64,000 nt of DNA from Candidatus Omnitrophota bacterium (GCA_003141835.1 PLNR01000006.1:78558-142557); one strand, 5' to 3'. Shown: positions 9,213 to 18,005, counted from the first letter of the stretch. Notes: generated from the sequence alone by a model not told the origin. Numbers and translations: made by a program.

Positions 9213-9929
9213 TCAGCGTATCTTCAGGGATTCGGCTTTCTTTATATCTTCCGGAAAATCTACCTCGGTCCACTTCAACCCGGTTATCTCCTCGATCCCG
9301 GCCGGGACGTGCCTGATAAAATTATCGAGCGCTTCTTCGTAATCGGCCCCCCGGTCCAGGGCAATAGTCTCTTCGACGGCTTTAAGGAATTCCCTCCTGT
9401 GAGCGGCCGATGTCTTGAAAAAACCGACACCCTCGCCCACCTCATCGTGTTTGCGCGTTATCCGCCGCGCTATCTGGGTAACCCTCCAGCCGAGGACCGC
9501 GACCTTCATCTCCTCCCCGCTCTCGCTGAAATGCCTGTCTATAAGAAAACAATTTTCATTTTTGGAGCCGATAAGCCTTCCGATCAGGCGCGATTCAAAA
9601 ACGACGTCGGCGTCCATCAACAAAAGGTCATCCGCTGTTGAAAACTCCCTCCGCGCGACCCACAGGGAGACGATACTGCCGAGTTTATATTCCCTGTTTT
9701 CGATATATCTTATCTTCGCGCCGTTATGCTCTTCTCCGACCGCCTCCGCAATCATCTCCTTAAGATAGCCGGTGACCAAGCATATATCCCTGACGCCGGC
9801 GGCCGCGAGGGAATCGAGCATGCGTTCCAGGATGGTCCTTCCACCGATACGGATAAGGGATTTCGGGGTCTTGTCAATAATGGGTTTTAGGCGGTTGCCG
9901 ATCCCGGCCGCAAGTATTATCGCTTTCAC
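9213..9929 (-). CDS. Phosphocholine/phosphonate cytidylyltransferase (LicC/PntC-like NTP transferase)
   Basis: ILAAGIGNRL..PKSL, DADVVF, EEMKV, GEGVG, WTEVDFPED. Confidence 0.85.
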   Translation of the reverse strand: MKAIILAAGIGNRLKPIIDKTPKSLIRIGGRTILERMLDSLAAAGVRDICLVTGYLKEMIAEAVGEEHNGAKIRYIENREYKLGSIVSLWVARREFSTADDLLLMDADVVFESRLIGRLIGSKNENCFLIDRHFSESGEEMKVAVLGWRVTQIARRITRKHDEVGEGVGFFKTSAAHRREFLKAVEETIALDRGADYEEALDNFIRHVPAGIEEITGLKWTEVDFPEDIKKAESLKIR

Positions 9930-11041
9930 CCCGCCGCCCTCTTTCCTTTATGCGGGCCAGGTTTCCTTAGCACGGACTTTAACGACGCCAAAAACCTGCG
10001 CGCATCACCGGCGGTTATCTGCCCCATATTCGCTATCCTGAAAATGACCTTCTTGAGTTTTGACTGGCCCGCGTAGATGATAAAACCTTCCGCTTTCAGC
10101 GCATCATGCAACCTGGTGTAAGTCATCCCTTTAGGGAGGCGCAGCGCGGTTATCGTATTCGAAAGGTATTTTGGCGCGATGAGGTATTCAAAACCGGCGG
10201 CCTCGAAACCTTTCCTTAGAAAGACCGCCAGGTTTTTATAACGTTTAACGCGGTTATTCACCCCTTCTTTCAAAAGCTCGTCGAGCGCGACATCCAGGGC
10301 GTAAAACGCCTGGACCGCCGGCGTAAAGAGCGGCTCGCCTTTCTTCTGCCCCTCGAGATTCGAGGGGATATCGAAATACAACGAACGCGGGGCGATCTTT
10401 TTCAGCCCTGGCAGGGCGGTCTTTTTTACCAGCACAAACGATATCCCGGGGATGCCCTCTATGCACTTGTTGGCGGTCCCGACGCAAAGCCCGACGCCCG
10501 CCTTACCGGGATCCAGTTCTTCGCCGCCCAACGCGCTTATGGAATCCAGGAGATAGAGTTTTTTGTATTTCCTGCACAGCTTGCCTATGCCGTATACGGG
10601 GTTCAAGATCCCGGTCGACGTCTCGTGATGCACCATCGCTATAACGGAGATATCTTTATTTTTCCTTATCTTTTCTTCAGCGGCATCTATATCCGGCGTC
10701 TTTTTCACGTCGGAGGCAAGGTTTATAAGGCCTATGCCGTGCCTTCTCGCTATCTCGGCTATCCTTCCGGCGTAAATACCGTTATTAACCACCAACATCT
10801 TTTTGCCCCGCGGGACAGACGAGACGACCGCGGCCTCCAATGCCGCCGTACCTGAACCGGTAAAGAATACAGCCTCGTAAGCTCCGGCTATGCCGAACGC
10901 CCGGAGCAGTTTTTTCGCGCAGCCTGTCATGAGCCTGCCGAACTCCGGTTCCCGGTGGCACATATCCGGCGCGAGAAGCGACCTCCTCACCTTTTCCTTG
11001 ATATTCACCGGCCCGGGATTCAACAGTACGTATCTTTTCAT
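9926..11041 (-). CDS. 2-aminoethylphosphonate aminotransferase (class V PLP; PhnW/AepZ family)
   Basis: LLNPGPV, CHREPEF, GSGTAALE, HHETSTGILNP, ANKCIEGIPG, IIYAGQ. Confidence 0.87.
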   Translation of the reverse strand: MKRYVLLNPGPVNIKEKVRRSLLAPDMCHREPEFGRLMTGCAKKLLRAFGIAGAYEAVFFTGSGTAALEAAVVSSVPRGKKMLVVNNGIYAGRIAEIARRHGIGLINLASDVKKTPDIDAAEEKIRKNKDISVIAMVHHETSTGILNPVYGIGKLCRKYKKLYLLDSISALGGEELDPGKAGVGLCVGTANKCIEGIPGISFVLVKKTALPGLKKIAPRSLYFDIPSNLEGQKKGEPLFTPAVQAFYALDVALDELLKEGVNNRVKRYKNLAVFLRKGFEAAGFEYLIAPKYLSNTITALRLPKGMTYTRLHDALKAEGFIIYAGQSKLKKVIFRIANMGQITAGDARRFLASLKSVLRKPGPHKGKRAAG

Positions 11042-11589
11042 GCGTTTTTGAACCTTTTCGCTATCTCAGGAGGGGCGATGCCGACCCTCGGCACTTTTTC
11101 CGAAGGATCGCGCCCCACTTTTACCAGGATAAAACTCGGCCCCTCTTTTTTCAGGCAATCCTTGAATGCTTCGGCAAAATCCTGCCCGAGGTCTTTCTTT
11201 ATGACGTTTTTTATCCCGCATCCTTCGGCTGCCCGCGCCAGGTCCACCCGGGGGGAGATGGTCGGCTGGCCGCCCGTCGAATCATAGCATTCGTTATCGA
11301 GCACTACGTGGATATAGTTTTTTGGTGAGATATTCGATATCATCGAAAGCACGCCGAAGTTCATGAGCAGGTTACCGTCCCCGTCCAGGACGACGACCTT
11401 CTTTCCCGGCCGGGCCATCGCGAACCCCAGGCCGATCGATGACGCCTGGCCCATAGATCCGAGCATATAGAAATTCCGCGGCCGGTCTTTCGCGTTGAAG
11501 GCATCGCGGGAGATGAACCCGTTGGCGCAGACGACATATTCGTCGCCTATAAGGGAGATTATCTTCGTTATCGCCTCGCGCATGATCAT
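11038..11589 (-). CDS. Phosphonopyruvate/sulfopyruvate decarboxylase beta subunit (ThDP-binding)
   Basis: Start re-set to MIMREAI; FYMLGSMG, DGDG..N, DNECYDSTGGQPT. Confidence 0.85.
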   Translation of the reverse strand: MIMREAITKIISLIGDEYVVCANGFISRDAFNAKDRPRNFYMLGSMGQASSIGLGFAMARPGKKVVVLDGDGNLLMNFGVLSMISNISPKNYIHVVLDNECYDSTGGQPTISPRVDLARAAEGCGIKNVIKKDLGQDFAEAFKDCLKKEGPSFILVKVGRDPSEKVPRVGIAPPEIAKRFKNA

Positions 11590-12059
11590 TCCAGCGTGTC
11601 CTCTTTGATGAAGATGCAATATGGCTTGCCTTTCGCGATCTCTTTATCGGCCTCGGCCAGGGCCGCGGCGAGATCCTCCCTGCCGCATACGCTGTTGCGG
11701 ATACCGAATGTCTCCATAAGCTCGACGCAATGCCTGCCCATGATTATGTGCTCCGGGGCGTCCTTCCCGCCGTATCCGCGGAAACTGACAAGCATAAGGA
11801 CCGGGATGTCATAGATCATGTTGAGGCTGGTGAGGACATTCAGTGAATAGCCCAGGCCGGAATTCTGCATCAGGACGCAGGGCTTTCTTCCGCCGAGATA
11901 CGCGCCGGCCGCCATGCCCAGCGCAGTGTCCTCCCTGACCGCCGGGATATATTCCCCGGCGAGGGCGGTTATTATGCCTCCCAGGAGGGAACAGGGCACA
12001 CCGGTAAAAAAATCGAACCCCAGGCCTTTAAGTCTCGTCTTTAGCGTTGTCGCATCCAT
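11586..12059 (-). CDS. Phosphonopyruvate/sulfopyruvate decarboxylase alpha subunit
   Basis: FFTGVPCSLL, RE, MQNSGLG, RG..G.DAPEH. Confidence 0.85.
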   Translation of the reverse strand: MDATTLKTRLKGLGFDFFTGVPCSLLGGIITALAGEYIPAVREDTALGMAAGAYLGGRKPCVLMQNSGLGYSLNVLTSLNMIYDIPVLMLVSFRGYGGKDAPEHIIMGRHCVELMETFGIRNSVCGREDLAAALAEADKEIAKGKPYCIFIKEDTLE

Positions 12060-12070
12060 ACCGCTTCCTA

Positions 12071-12931
12071 TCAGACCGCCCTGGCGAACTTCCTGTATAT
12101 TATATTGGATATCTCGTCTTCGAGGTCATGCAGGAATTTCAGTTCGGCGTCGGCCCTCTGGTATTCGTTCACATCCATATACCTGAGAAAATCCCTCAGG
12201 CCCATGTCAACGATCTCGTAGGGGATAGCCGGCTGGCCCATCTCGCCCAGCCTTATTATTATTGCCTTCATGAGAGCCTCCGGCTTCAGCTCGACGTCCC
12301 AGACCTTGCTCTTTGCCACTTCTTTACGGAACGGGATTATATTCTCCGGCTTATAGAAATCCCCCCTGAACTTCATGTAATCTATTTTCGACCAAAAATC
12401 CCACTGGGCCGAACAGAGCGAACAATTGGGGAGGAATATCTGGACGGGGTTGTTATAGGTATCGAAATAGGTGTGCGAGAGCAGGCTCACCGCGGCCGAG
12501 AGCTTGTCCGTGGATATCTTGGTCACTCTCCCGTCGCCGACCACATCCCTGGCGTCGTCGAGCAGCTTAAGGAATCCGGGCGCCTCTTCGCTTATGCGCG
12601 TGAAAGCGTATATCTTCTTTTCGAGCTTCTGCCTTTTTGCGGCGTCGGCCGGCGGCGTGCCGTCAAATTCTTTCCGCAGCTGCGCCGCCTTCCCGTCCAC
12701 GAACCTGCCCAGGGCCGCAAAATCTTTCTTCTCCGCCTCCGGCCTCGCGAAAAGCTCGAGCGTGACGTCGAGGAAATCAGGCTGGTTCTCGAGTATATGG
12801 GCGTAGACCCTGTGGAAATGCGCGGGTTTCTGGTCGATAACGGGTATCACGGAATATATCGCGGCGCCAAGGTCAAGCTTACTGGAATCCAAAAGCCTCG
12901 CCGCCAAAACCATATGAGTCCCCCAGTCCAT
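12071..12931 (-). CDS. Uncharacterised soluble protein with YdjM/Zn-hydrolase-like His/Asp motifs
   Basis: AAGGAG RBS; GTH at N-terminus, PVID, HRVYAH, SHTYFD, matching the TH/PDxD/HRxxxH/SHxxxD pattern; no TM segments. Confidence 0.65.
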   Translation of the reverse strand: MDWGTHMVLAARLLDSSKLDLGAAIYSVIPVIDQKPAHFHRVYAHILENQPDFLDVTLELFARPEAEKKDFAALGRFVDGKAAQLRKEFDGTPPADAAKRQKLEKKIYAFTRISEEAPGFLKLLDDARDVVGDGRVTKISTDKLSAAVSLLSHTYFDTYNNPVQIFLPNCSLCSAQWDFWSKIDYMKFRGDFYKPENIIPFRKEVAKSKVWDVELKPEALMKAIIIRLGEMGQPAIPYEIVDMGLRDFLRYMDVNEYQRADAELKFLHDLEDEISNIIYRKFARAV

Positions 12932-12944
12932 GTTTCTCCTTTAT

Positions 12945-13017
12945 GGGGACGTCCCATTGGGGGACGCTCCATTTATCTATTTTCATCTAATGGGGTGTCC
13001 CCCAATGGGACGTCCCC
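12945..13017. repeat. REPIN-like long inverted repeat, copy 1
   Basis: 29-nt arms GGGGACGTCCCATTGGGGGACGCTCCATT / AATGGGGTGTCCCCCAATGGGACGTCCCC around an AT-rich loop; related copy at 23704. Confidence 0.8.
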
Positions 13018-14015
13018 TAGGTGAACTGCCAGCCGATCAAAGTCATTATATCCCTGAATGATTTCCCTTCGAGCACGCTGGCCGGCTCGAAGCCGCAATG
13101 GACCGCGCATTCCGCGCAGCGCGGGTTCTTGCTTTTGGGCCCGTACTTCTTCCATTCGGTCTTTTCGATAAGTTCCTTGTAAGTGGCGAAATGCTTGTCC
13201 GCAAGCTGGTAACAGGGCGAACGCCATCCTATGGGGTTGCGCGTCGGCGTCGACCAGGGCGCGCAATCCAGGTCGCGCTTGCCCTGCACAAATTCAAAAT
13301 ATAGCGGCGAGCCGAGAAAATTGTATTTTTTGAACTCCGGCTCAAGTTTCCGGAAGAAATCCGCGAGTTCTTTCTTGCGGAAGAAGAACTCCTCGCCTAC
13401 CTGCGGGTACCCGTAGGCCGGCGATATCAGGAAACCGTCCACCCCGGCGCCCTGGAGGGTCTTGAACAATTGCTTAAGCTCGTTTATATCCGTCTGCCTG
13501 TAGATGGTCGTATTGGTGCAGACGAAGAAACCCTTCTTCTTCGCCGCCTTTATCGCCTCGATCACCCTGGCGTATGTCCCCTTAAGCCCGGTTATCGCGT
13601 CATGCGTCTTCTCCAGCCCGTCGATATGGAAATTTACCATGAGGTTTCCGCTCGGCTTCAGCTTGTCGATCTTGTCCTTGAAAAGCAGGCCGTTGGTGCA
13701 GAGGTATATATATTTTCCCTTCCTGGCGAGTTTCTCTATCAGCTCGGAGATATACGGGTAGACGAGCGGCTCTCCGCCGCAGATCGACACTATCGGCGCC
13801 CCGCACTCATCCGCCGCCTTGAGGCATTCGGCGACGGTCATCATCTTGTGCAGGTCGCGCTTATATTCCCTTATGCGCCCGCAGCCTTCGCACGATAAGT
13901 TGCACATTAACGACGGCTCCAGCATCAAGACAAGCGAGAACCGTTTATTGTTCCTGAGCTTGTTCGCGATTATGTGTTTCGTCATTCTGGCCGTTAAGCC
14001 GGGCTTGAACCTCAT
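13017..14015 (-). CDS. hpnH: Adenosyl-hopene transferase, radical SAM
   Basis: LMLEP..CNLSCEGC, GGEPL, C.PWSTPT, PCY, NPRCAECAVHCGFEP C-terminus; adjacent to shc. Confidence 0.92.
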   Translation of the reverse strand: MRFKPGLTARMTKHIIANKLRNNKRFSLVLMLEPSLMCNLSCEGCGRIREYKRDLHKMMTVAECLKAADECGAPIVSICGGEPLVYPYISELIEKLARKGKYIYLCTNGLLFKDKIDKLKPSGNLMVNFHIDGLEKTHDAITGLKGTYARVIEAIKAAKKKGFFVCTNTTIYRQTDINELKQLFKTLQGAGVDGFLISPAYGYPQVGEEFFFRKKELADFFRKLEPEFKKYNFLGSPLYFEFVQGKRDLDCAPWSTPTRNPIGWRSPCYQLADKHFATYKELIEKTEWKKYGPKSKNPRCAECAVHCGFEPASVLEGKSFRDIMTLIGWQFT

Positions 14016-14018
14016 TTT

Positions 14019-15920
14019 TCAGACCTTTGTCTTTCCGCGGTTGGCCGCATATTCCGAGAGGGCAATAAGAGGAAAATAAACGGAATAAAGTTCGTAACGC
14101 AGGTAGCATACCCTCGGAAAACCCGTCCCGGTAAAACTATCCTCTTTCCAGTTGCCGTTCGCCTCCTGGCTCCCTATGAGATAATCTATTCCGCGCGCGG
14201 CTGCGCCGCTCTCGTGGTCGCCTGCGGCGAAGAGTATGAAAAGCGCCCAGGCCGTCTGCGAAGCGGTCGATGGGCCTTTGCCTTTCTTGAACGGGTCCTC
14301 GTAAGTCGCCGCCGATTCCCCCCACCCCCCATCGTCATTCTGGACGCCGTATATCCATTTCGCCGCGGCTTCGAGCTCGCCCTTCGACGATCCCCCGGAC
14401 GAGAAAGAAAGGCCGCGCGCGGCAAGGAACGTGCCGTATATATAATTCACTCCCCACCTGCCGTACCACGTGCCGTCGGCTATCCTGTCTTTTTTCAAAA
14501 ATCTTATCGCGTCCTTTAGCGGGGATTTTTTAGCGTCGAAGCCGAGCCGGCCCAAAAGCTCGCACGTCCTTCCGGTTACATCCGCGCACGTTGGGTCGAG
14601 CATCGCATTATGGTCCGAAAAAGGCACCTTGTTCAGGAAACGCTTGTTGTTATCCCTGTCGTAAGAGCTGAACCCGCCGTCGCTGGACTGCATCTTCAGC
14701 ATCCAGTCAAGGCCGCGGTCGAATCCGGCTTTCTTCTGCGGCTCTTCCGTCCCCATATCTATCTGCGTCAACCCGAGCAATACCTGCGCGGTATCGTCTA
14801 TATCCGGGTAAAATTCGTTCCTGAACTGGAAATACCATCCTCCGGGCGAAGCGTCCCCGGCCTTTACCTTCCAATCGCCGGTCTCGTTCACCTGCTTCGA
14901 GAGGAGCCAGCGCCCGGCCTTCCTCATCGCATCGTGGCCCTTCGGGAAACCCGATATCCCGAGGGCGTATGCGCAGAGCGCCGTATCCCAGACCGGCGAT
15001 ACGCAGGGCTGCATCTCCGCCTCATTGCCGTTATCTATAGTTAATTTCAGAACTTCTTCGAGATTCGATTTCAAGAGCGGATGGTCGTTCTTATAGCCCA
15101 GGCAGCTCAATGCCATTACGGAATTTATCATTGCCGGATAGATGGCGCACAAGCCGTCGCTCTTGTCGAACCTTTTTATCATCCATTGCCCGGCTTTCTT
15201 CACTGCCGCGCCCTTAAAGAACGCTAATCTCAATTTATATAAGGTCTTTATCGTGCCATCCAGGAAGAGGAAAAGGTTCTTCCAACTTACCACCCGCATG
15301 TCCCATCGTATGCCGCAATCTTTCGTCCTGTGTCCGGCCGTGTAAAGCTCATCGACGCTGAAATTTTTCGCGAGGGGCCGCACCGGCCTGGAAGCCCAGA
15401 TCACCGAAAGCGGCACGACGATCGTCCTCGTCCAGGCGCTGAAATCGTAAATATTCACCGGGGACCACTCCGGGAGCAGGATAAGCTCCGGCGGTATAGC
15501 CGGCGCTGCGTCCCAGTTCCCGAGGCCGAACATGGCCAGGTAGAACCTGTTATAGCTGTTGGACTTTTCGATTCCGCCGAGGCTTAATATTATCCGGCGG
15601 TCCCGCGCCATCAGCTGGTTCCCTTCTTCGAAGCCTTTAAGCTTCAGCGCCATATAGTTCTTTATGGTGGCGTTGAGTTCCGGCGGGCCGCCCGGATAGA
15701 CCGGCCATCCCCCGTCCTCAAGGCGCCCGGCCAAAATAAAATTCACAAGTTTACCTTCCAGCTCCTCGTCCCTTATGCCAAGGAACCGCAGAAGGAAGAT
15801 AGTATCCGCCTCCAGGCCCAGGTCCATATGGAAATTCGAATGGAAATGGCCGTCGGCATCCTGTTTGCCCAGGATATACTCCTGGGCGCTGTTTATCGCG
15901 TTCGAGAGTCTCTCGTTCAT
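14019..15920 (-). CDS. shc: Squalene-hopene cyclase
   Basis: YPDIDDTA catalytic motif, QW repeats (QSSDGG, QNDDGGWGE), SPVWDT, GRWGVNYIYGT, FTGTGFP. Confidence 0.96.
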   Translation of the reverse strand: MNERLSNAINSAQEYILGKQDADGHFHSNFHMDLGLEADTIFLLRFLGIRDEELEGKLVNFILAGRLEDGGWPVYPGGPPELNATIKNYMALKLKGFEEGNQLMARDRRIILSLGGIEKSNSYNRFYLAMFGLGNWDAAPAIPPELILLPEWSPVNIYDFSAWTRTIVVPLSVIWASRPVRPLAKNFSVDELYTAGHRTKDCGIRWDMRVVSWKNLFLFLDGTIKTLYKLRLAFFKGAAVKKAGQWMIKRFDKSDGLCAIYPAMINSVMALSCLGYKNDHPLLKSNLEEVLKLTIDNGNEAEMQPCVSPVWDTALCAYALGISGFPKGHDAMRKAGRWLLSKQVNETGDWKVKAGDASPGGWYFQFRNEFYPDIDDTAQVLLGLTQIDMGTEEPQKKAGFDRGLDWMLKMQSSDGGFSSYDRDNNKRFLNKVPFSDHNAMLDPTCADVTGRTCELLGRLGFDAKKSPLKDAIRFLKKDRIADGTWYGRWGVNYIYGTFLAARGLSFSSGGSSKGELEAAAKWIYGVQNDDGGWGESAATYEDPFKKGKGPSTASQTAWALFILFAAGDHESGAAARGIDYLIGSQEANGNWKEDSFTGTGFPRVCYLRYELYSVYFPLIALSEYAANRGKTKV

Positions 15921-16705
15921 ATGTTAAGGCAGTATTTGACTATTTTTTCAAGCTCTTTTATGTCTACGGAAGTGTTTTTGCAAGGCCCTTCAGGGCGCTT
16001 GTTCGGGATGCCGAAGACCGGCATCTTCGGGGCGGTGTCCTGTATGCCTGAGATAAGGTCCCTCTCGCACGCGACGCCTATCACCGCGTCGGGATTGTTG
16101 TCTTTAACGGCTTTCCTGGCTTCATCGCCTCCAAAAGCCGTGTAAGCCACAAACTGGTATTTTTCGCCTAGTTCTTTTACCTTGGCCCTTACCTCGGCCG
16201 AGAGACAGCGCGGCAGGAGGACGAGTATCTTCTTTGAGCTCTTTCCCGTCCGCGTAGCGTACATAAGGTCGTTATGGAATTTGACGAAGGAATTGCCTAT
16301 CCTGTCTCTCGCTATGCCGGATATCCCGGCCAACCTCACCGCTCCGGAGAGTAAGACGCGCAACGAGATCCGCCTGACAAAATAAGACGGCGCAAGCTTG
16401 ACTTTCAAGAGCGCAGATAAGACCTGCGATAGGTACCAGGCAGCGAGTAAAGAAGCGGAAATACAGAATGCCGCACCGGCCATGCCGGTAAACCCGGGCC
16501 CAAAGCTTTCAAAACGCGGCAACGCGAGGTACCAAAACAACCAAACTCCAAGCAAGACAAGGATTAATACCAAAAAAGAAAAGAAGATGAATAGCGATTT
16601 CGGTGCGTCGCTCGAGCTTCCGCCCTTGGAGCCGGGCTGCCAATCGGCCCACTCGTCCCCCAATAACCTGTCTTCCAGCCTCTTACCCTGCCCTGTCTCT
16701 TTCAT
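15917..16705 (-). CDS. DUF116-family Cys-containing membrane protein
   Basis: Two N-terminal TMs; LLPRCL, GG..AR, GVACERDL..G, GPCKNT; ATGA-type overlap with shc. Confidence 0.8.
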   Translation of the reverse strand: MKETGQGKRLEDRLLGDEWADWQPGSKGGSSSDAPKSLFIFFSFLVLILVLLGVWLFWYLALPRFESFGPGFTGMAGAAFCISASLLAAWYLSQVLSALLKVKLAPSYFVRRISLRVLLSGAVRLAGISGIARDRIGNSFVKFHNDLMYATRTGKSSKKILVLLPRCLSAEVRAKVKELGEKYQFVAYTAFGGDEARKAVKDNNPDAVIGVACERDLISGIQDTAPKMPVFGIPNKRPEGPCKNTSVDIKELEKIVKYCLNI

Positions 16706-16714
16706 AAGTGGATA

Positions 16715-16743
16715 ATTATATCACGAATAGGGGGTTGGCGCAA
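16715..16743 (-). promoter_or_regulatory. Sigma70 promoter of the hopanoid operon (near-leaderless)
   Basis: TTGCGC-17nt-TATAAT, 9 nt upstream of the DUF116 ATG, no SD. Confidence 0.65.
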
Positions 16744-16751
16744 TAATGCTA

Positions 16752-17750
16752 TTATGCGGATTTGCGGACGACCAGCTTGGGAGCGAAGAAACGCGTGAAG
16801 GATTTCTTATGGGGGGAGTTTATCGAGTTGAGCAGGTCTGAGCCGGCCTCATAGGAGATATCTGTAACCGGCTGGTCGATGGTGGTTATGGGAGGGTCGA
16901 AGAGCTCGCATATCGGTATGTTATCGAACCCGATTACGGCGACATCCTCCGGGACCTTCTTACCCGCCGCCTTGACAGCTTTTATCGCGCCGATGGCCAT
17001 CCTGTCGTTCGCCGCGAAGATCCCGTCGGGCGGGGAGTCCAGCGACAAGAATTTCTTGGTGGCGATCTCGGCGTCCTCGTACCTGAAATAGCCGCGCTCC
17101 ACGTAATCCGGCCTGAATTGCAGCCCGGCCTCTTCAAGCGCCTGCTTATAGCCCTTTAACCTCTCCTCGGCGTCGAACCAGTTCTCATGCCCGTGGATAA
17201 AGGCTATCCTCTTCCTGCCGGTGTCTATGAGATATTTTGTGGCGATATATCCGCCCTTCCTGTTGTCGCAGCCAAACGAGTCGGCCCTGTCTGAATACGC
17301 GAATAGCAGCGCTACCGGCACCTGGTACTTCCTCAATTCTTCGAGTTTCTCCGTATCGTCTTTCGAAATGGCGACCAGTATCAATCCGCCGACCAGTTTG
17401 CTCTTGTACATCTGGAGGCATTGGTTGCCGTCGAATTTGCCCTGGGTGAATATCATGAGCTGGTAGTTGTTCTCGTTGGCGGCGCGGGCCACCCCTTTGA
17501 TAGTATCTATCGCGAAAAAATCGGTATTTATAAAAGTGTCTTTGGGAAATATGAGGCCTATTACGTTTATCTTCTTTGAGGCGAGGCTCGCGGCGTGGAT
17601 GTTAGGGAAATATTTCTCTTTGTCGAGATGTTTTAAAATGAGCTCCCGCGTACCATCGGCCACGTTCTTGTCGTTCTTCAGGACCCTGGAGATGGTCCGG
17701 CGCGAGATGTTGAGTTTCTGCGCGAGTTCCTCCAGCGACTTTACGCTCAT
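16752..17750 (-). CDS. LacI-family transcriptional regulator
   Basis: N-terminal HTH (SRRTISRVL), sugar-binding domain, ANDRMAIG, VIGFDN, PPITTI. Confidence 0.93.
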   Translation of the reverse strand: MSVKSLEELAQKLNISRRTISRVLKNDKNVADGTRELILKHLDKEKYFPNIHAASLASKKINVIGLIFPKDTFINTDFFAIDTIKGVARAANENNYQLMIFTQGKFDGNQCLQMYKSKLVGGLILVAISKDDTEKLEELRKYQVPVALLFAYSDRADSFGCDNRKGGYIATKYLIDTGRKRIAFIHGHENWFDAEERLKGYKQALEEAGLQFRPDYVERGYFRYEDAEIATKKFLSLDSPPDGIFAANDRMAIGAIKAVKAAGKKVPEDVAVIGFDNIPICELFDPPITTIDQPVTDISYEAGSDLLNSINSPHKKSFTRFFAPKLVVRKSA

Positions 17751-17808
17751 TTACCGACCTTTCCCATAAATGACATACTATCAGACAAGCCGGAAAAAGT
17801 AAACTCCG

Positions 17809-17840
17809 AAAAAAAGACCGCTGCCCTGAATAGCAGCGGT
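17809..17840 (-). terminator. Intrinsic terminator downstream of the PEP-CTERM gene
   Basis: ACCGCTGC-8nt-GCAGCGGT followed by CTTTTTTT on minus strand. Confidence 0.8.
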
Positions 17841-18005
17841 TGGGTCATTTGCCTCTTAGGCAGCATCAGCATGGGGGGGTATCGCATGAACAAAGAAGCC
17901 GTAATATGTTCCCCCCTTCTGCCGATATCCTGATCAAGGAACCGGCCCTGCCTTGTCTTATTTGTGGGGGATGAGATTTTAGCAGGGCCGGCCCCCTAAA
18001 TCAAG

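Noticed and set aside
9213-9215. Selenocysteine at the in-frame UGA
   Set aside because: Position is an inter-domain linker, not a Cys-equivalent site; no convincing SECIS hairpin and no sel genes in the window.
12047-13024. 325-aa plus-strand ORF
   Set aside because: Shadow of the 286-aa minus gene, which has an SD, motifs and operon context.
17747-17887. 46-codon minus ORF ending at the lacI start
   Set aside because: Runs through a terminator and the lacI promoter; no SD at a usable distance.
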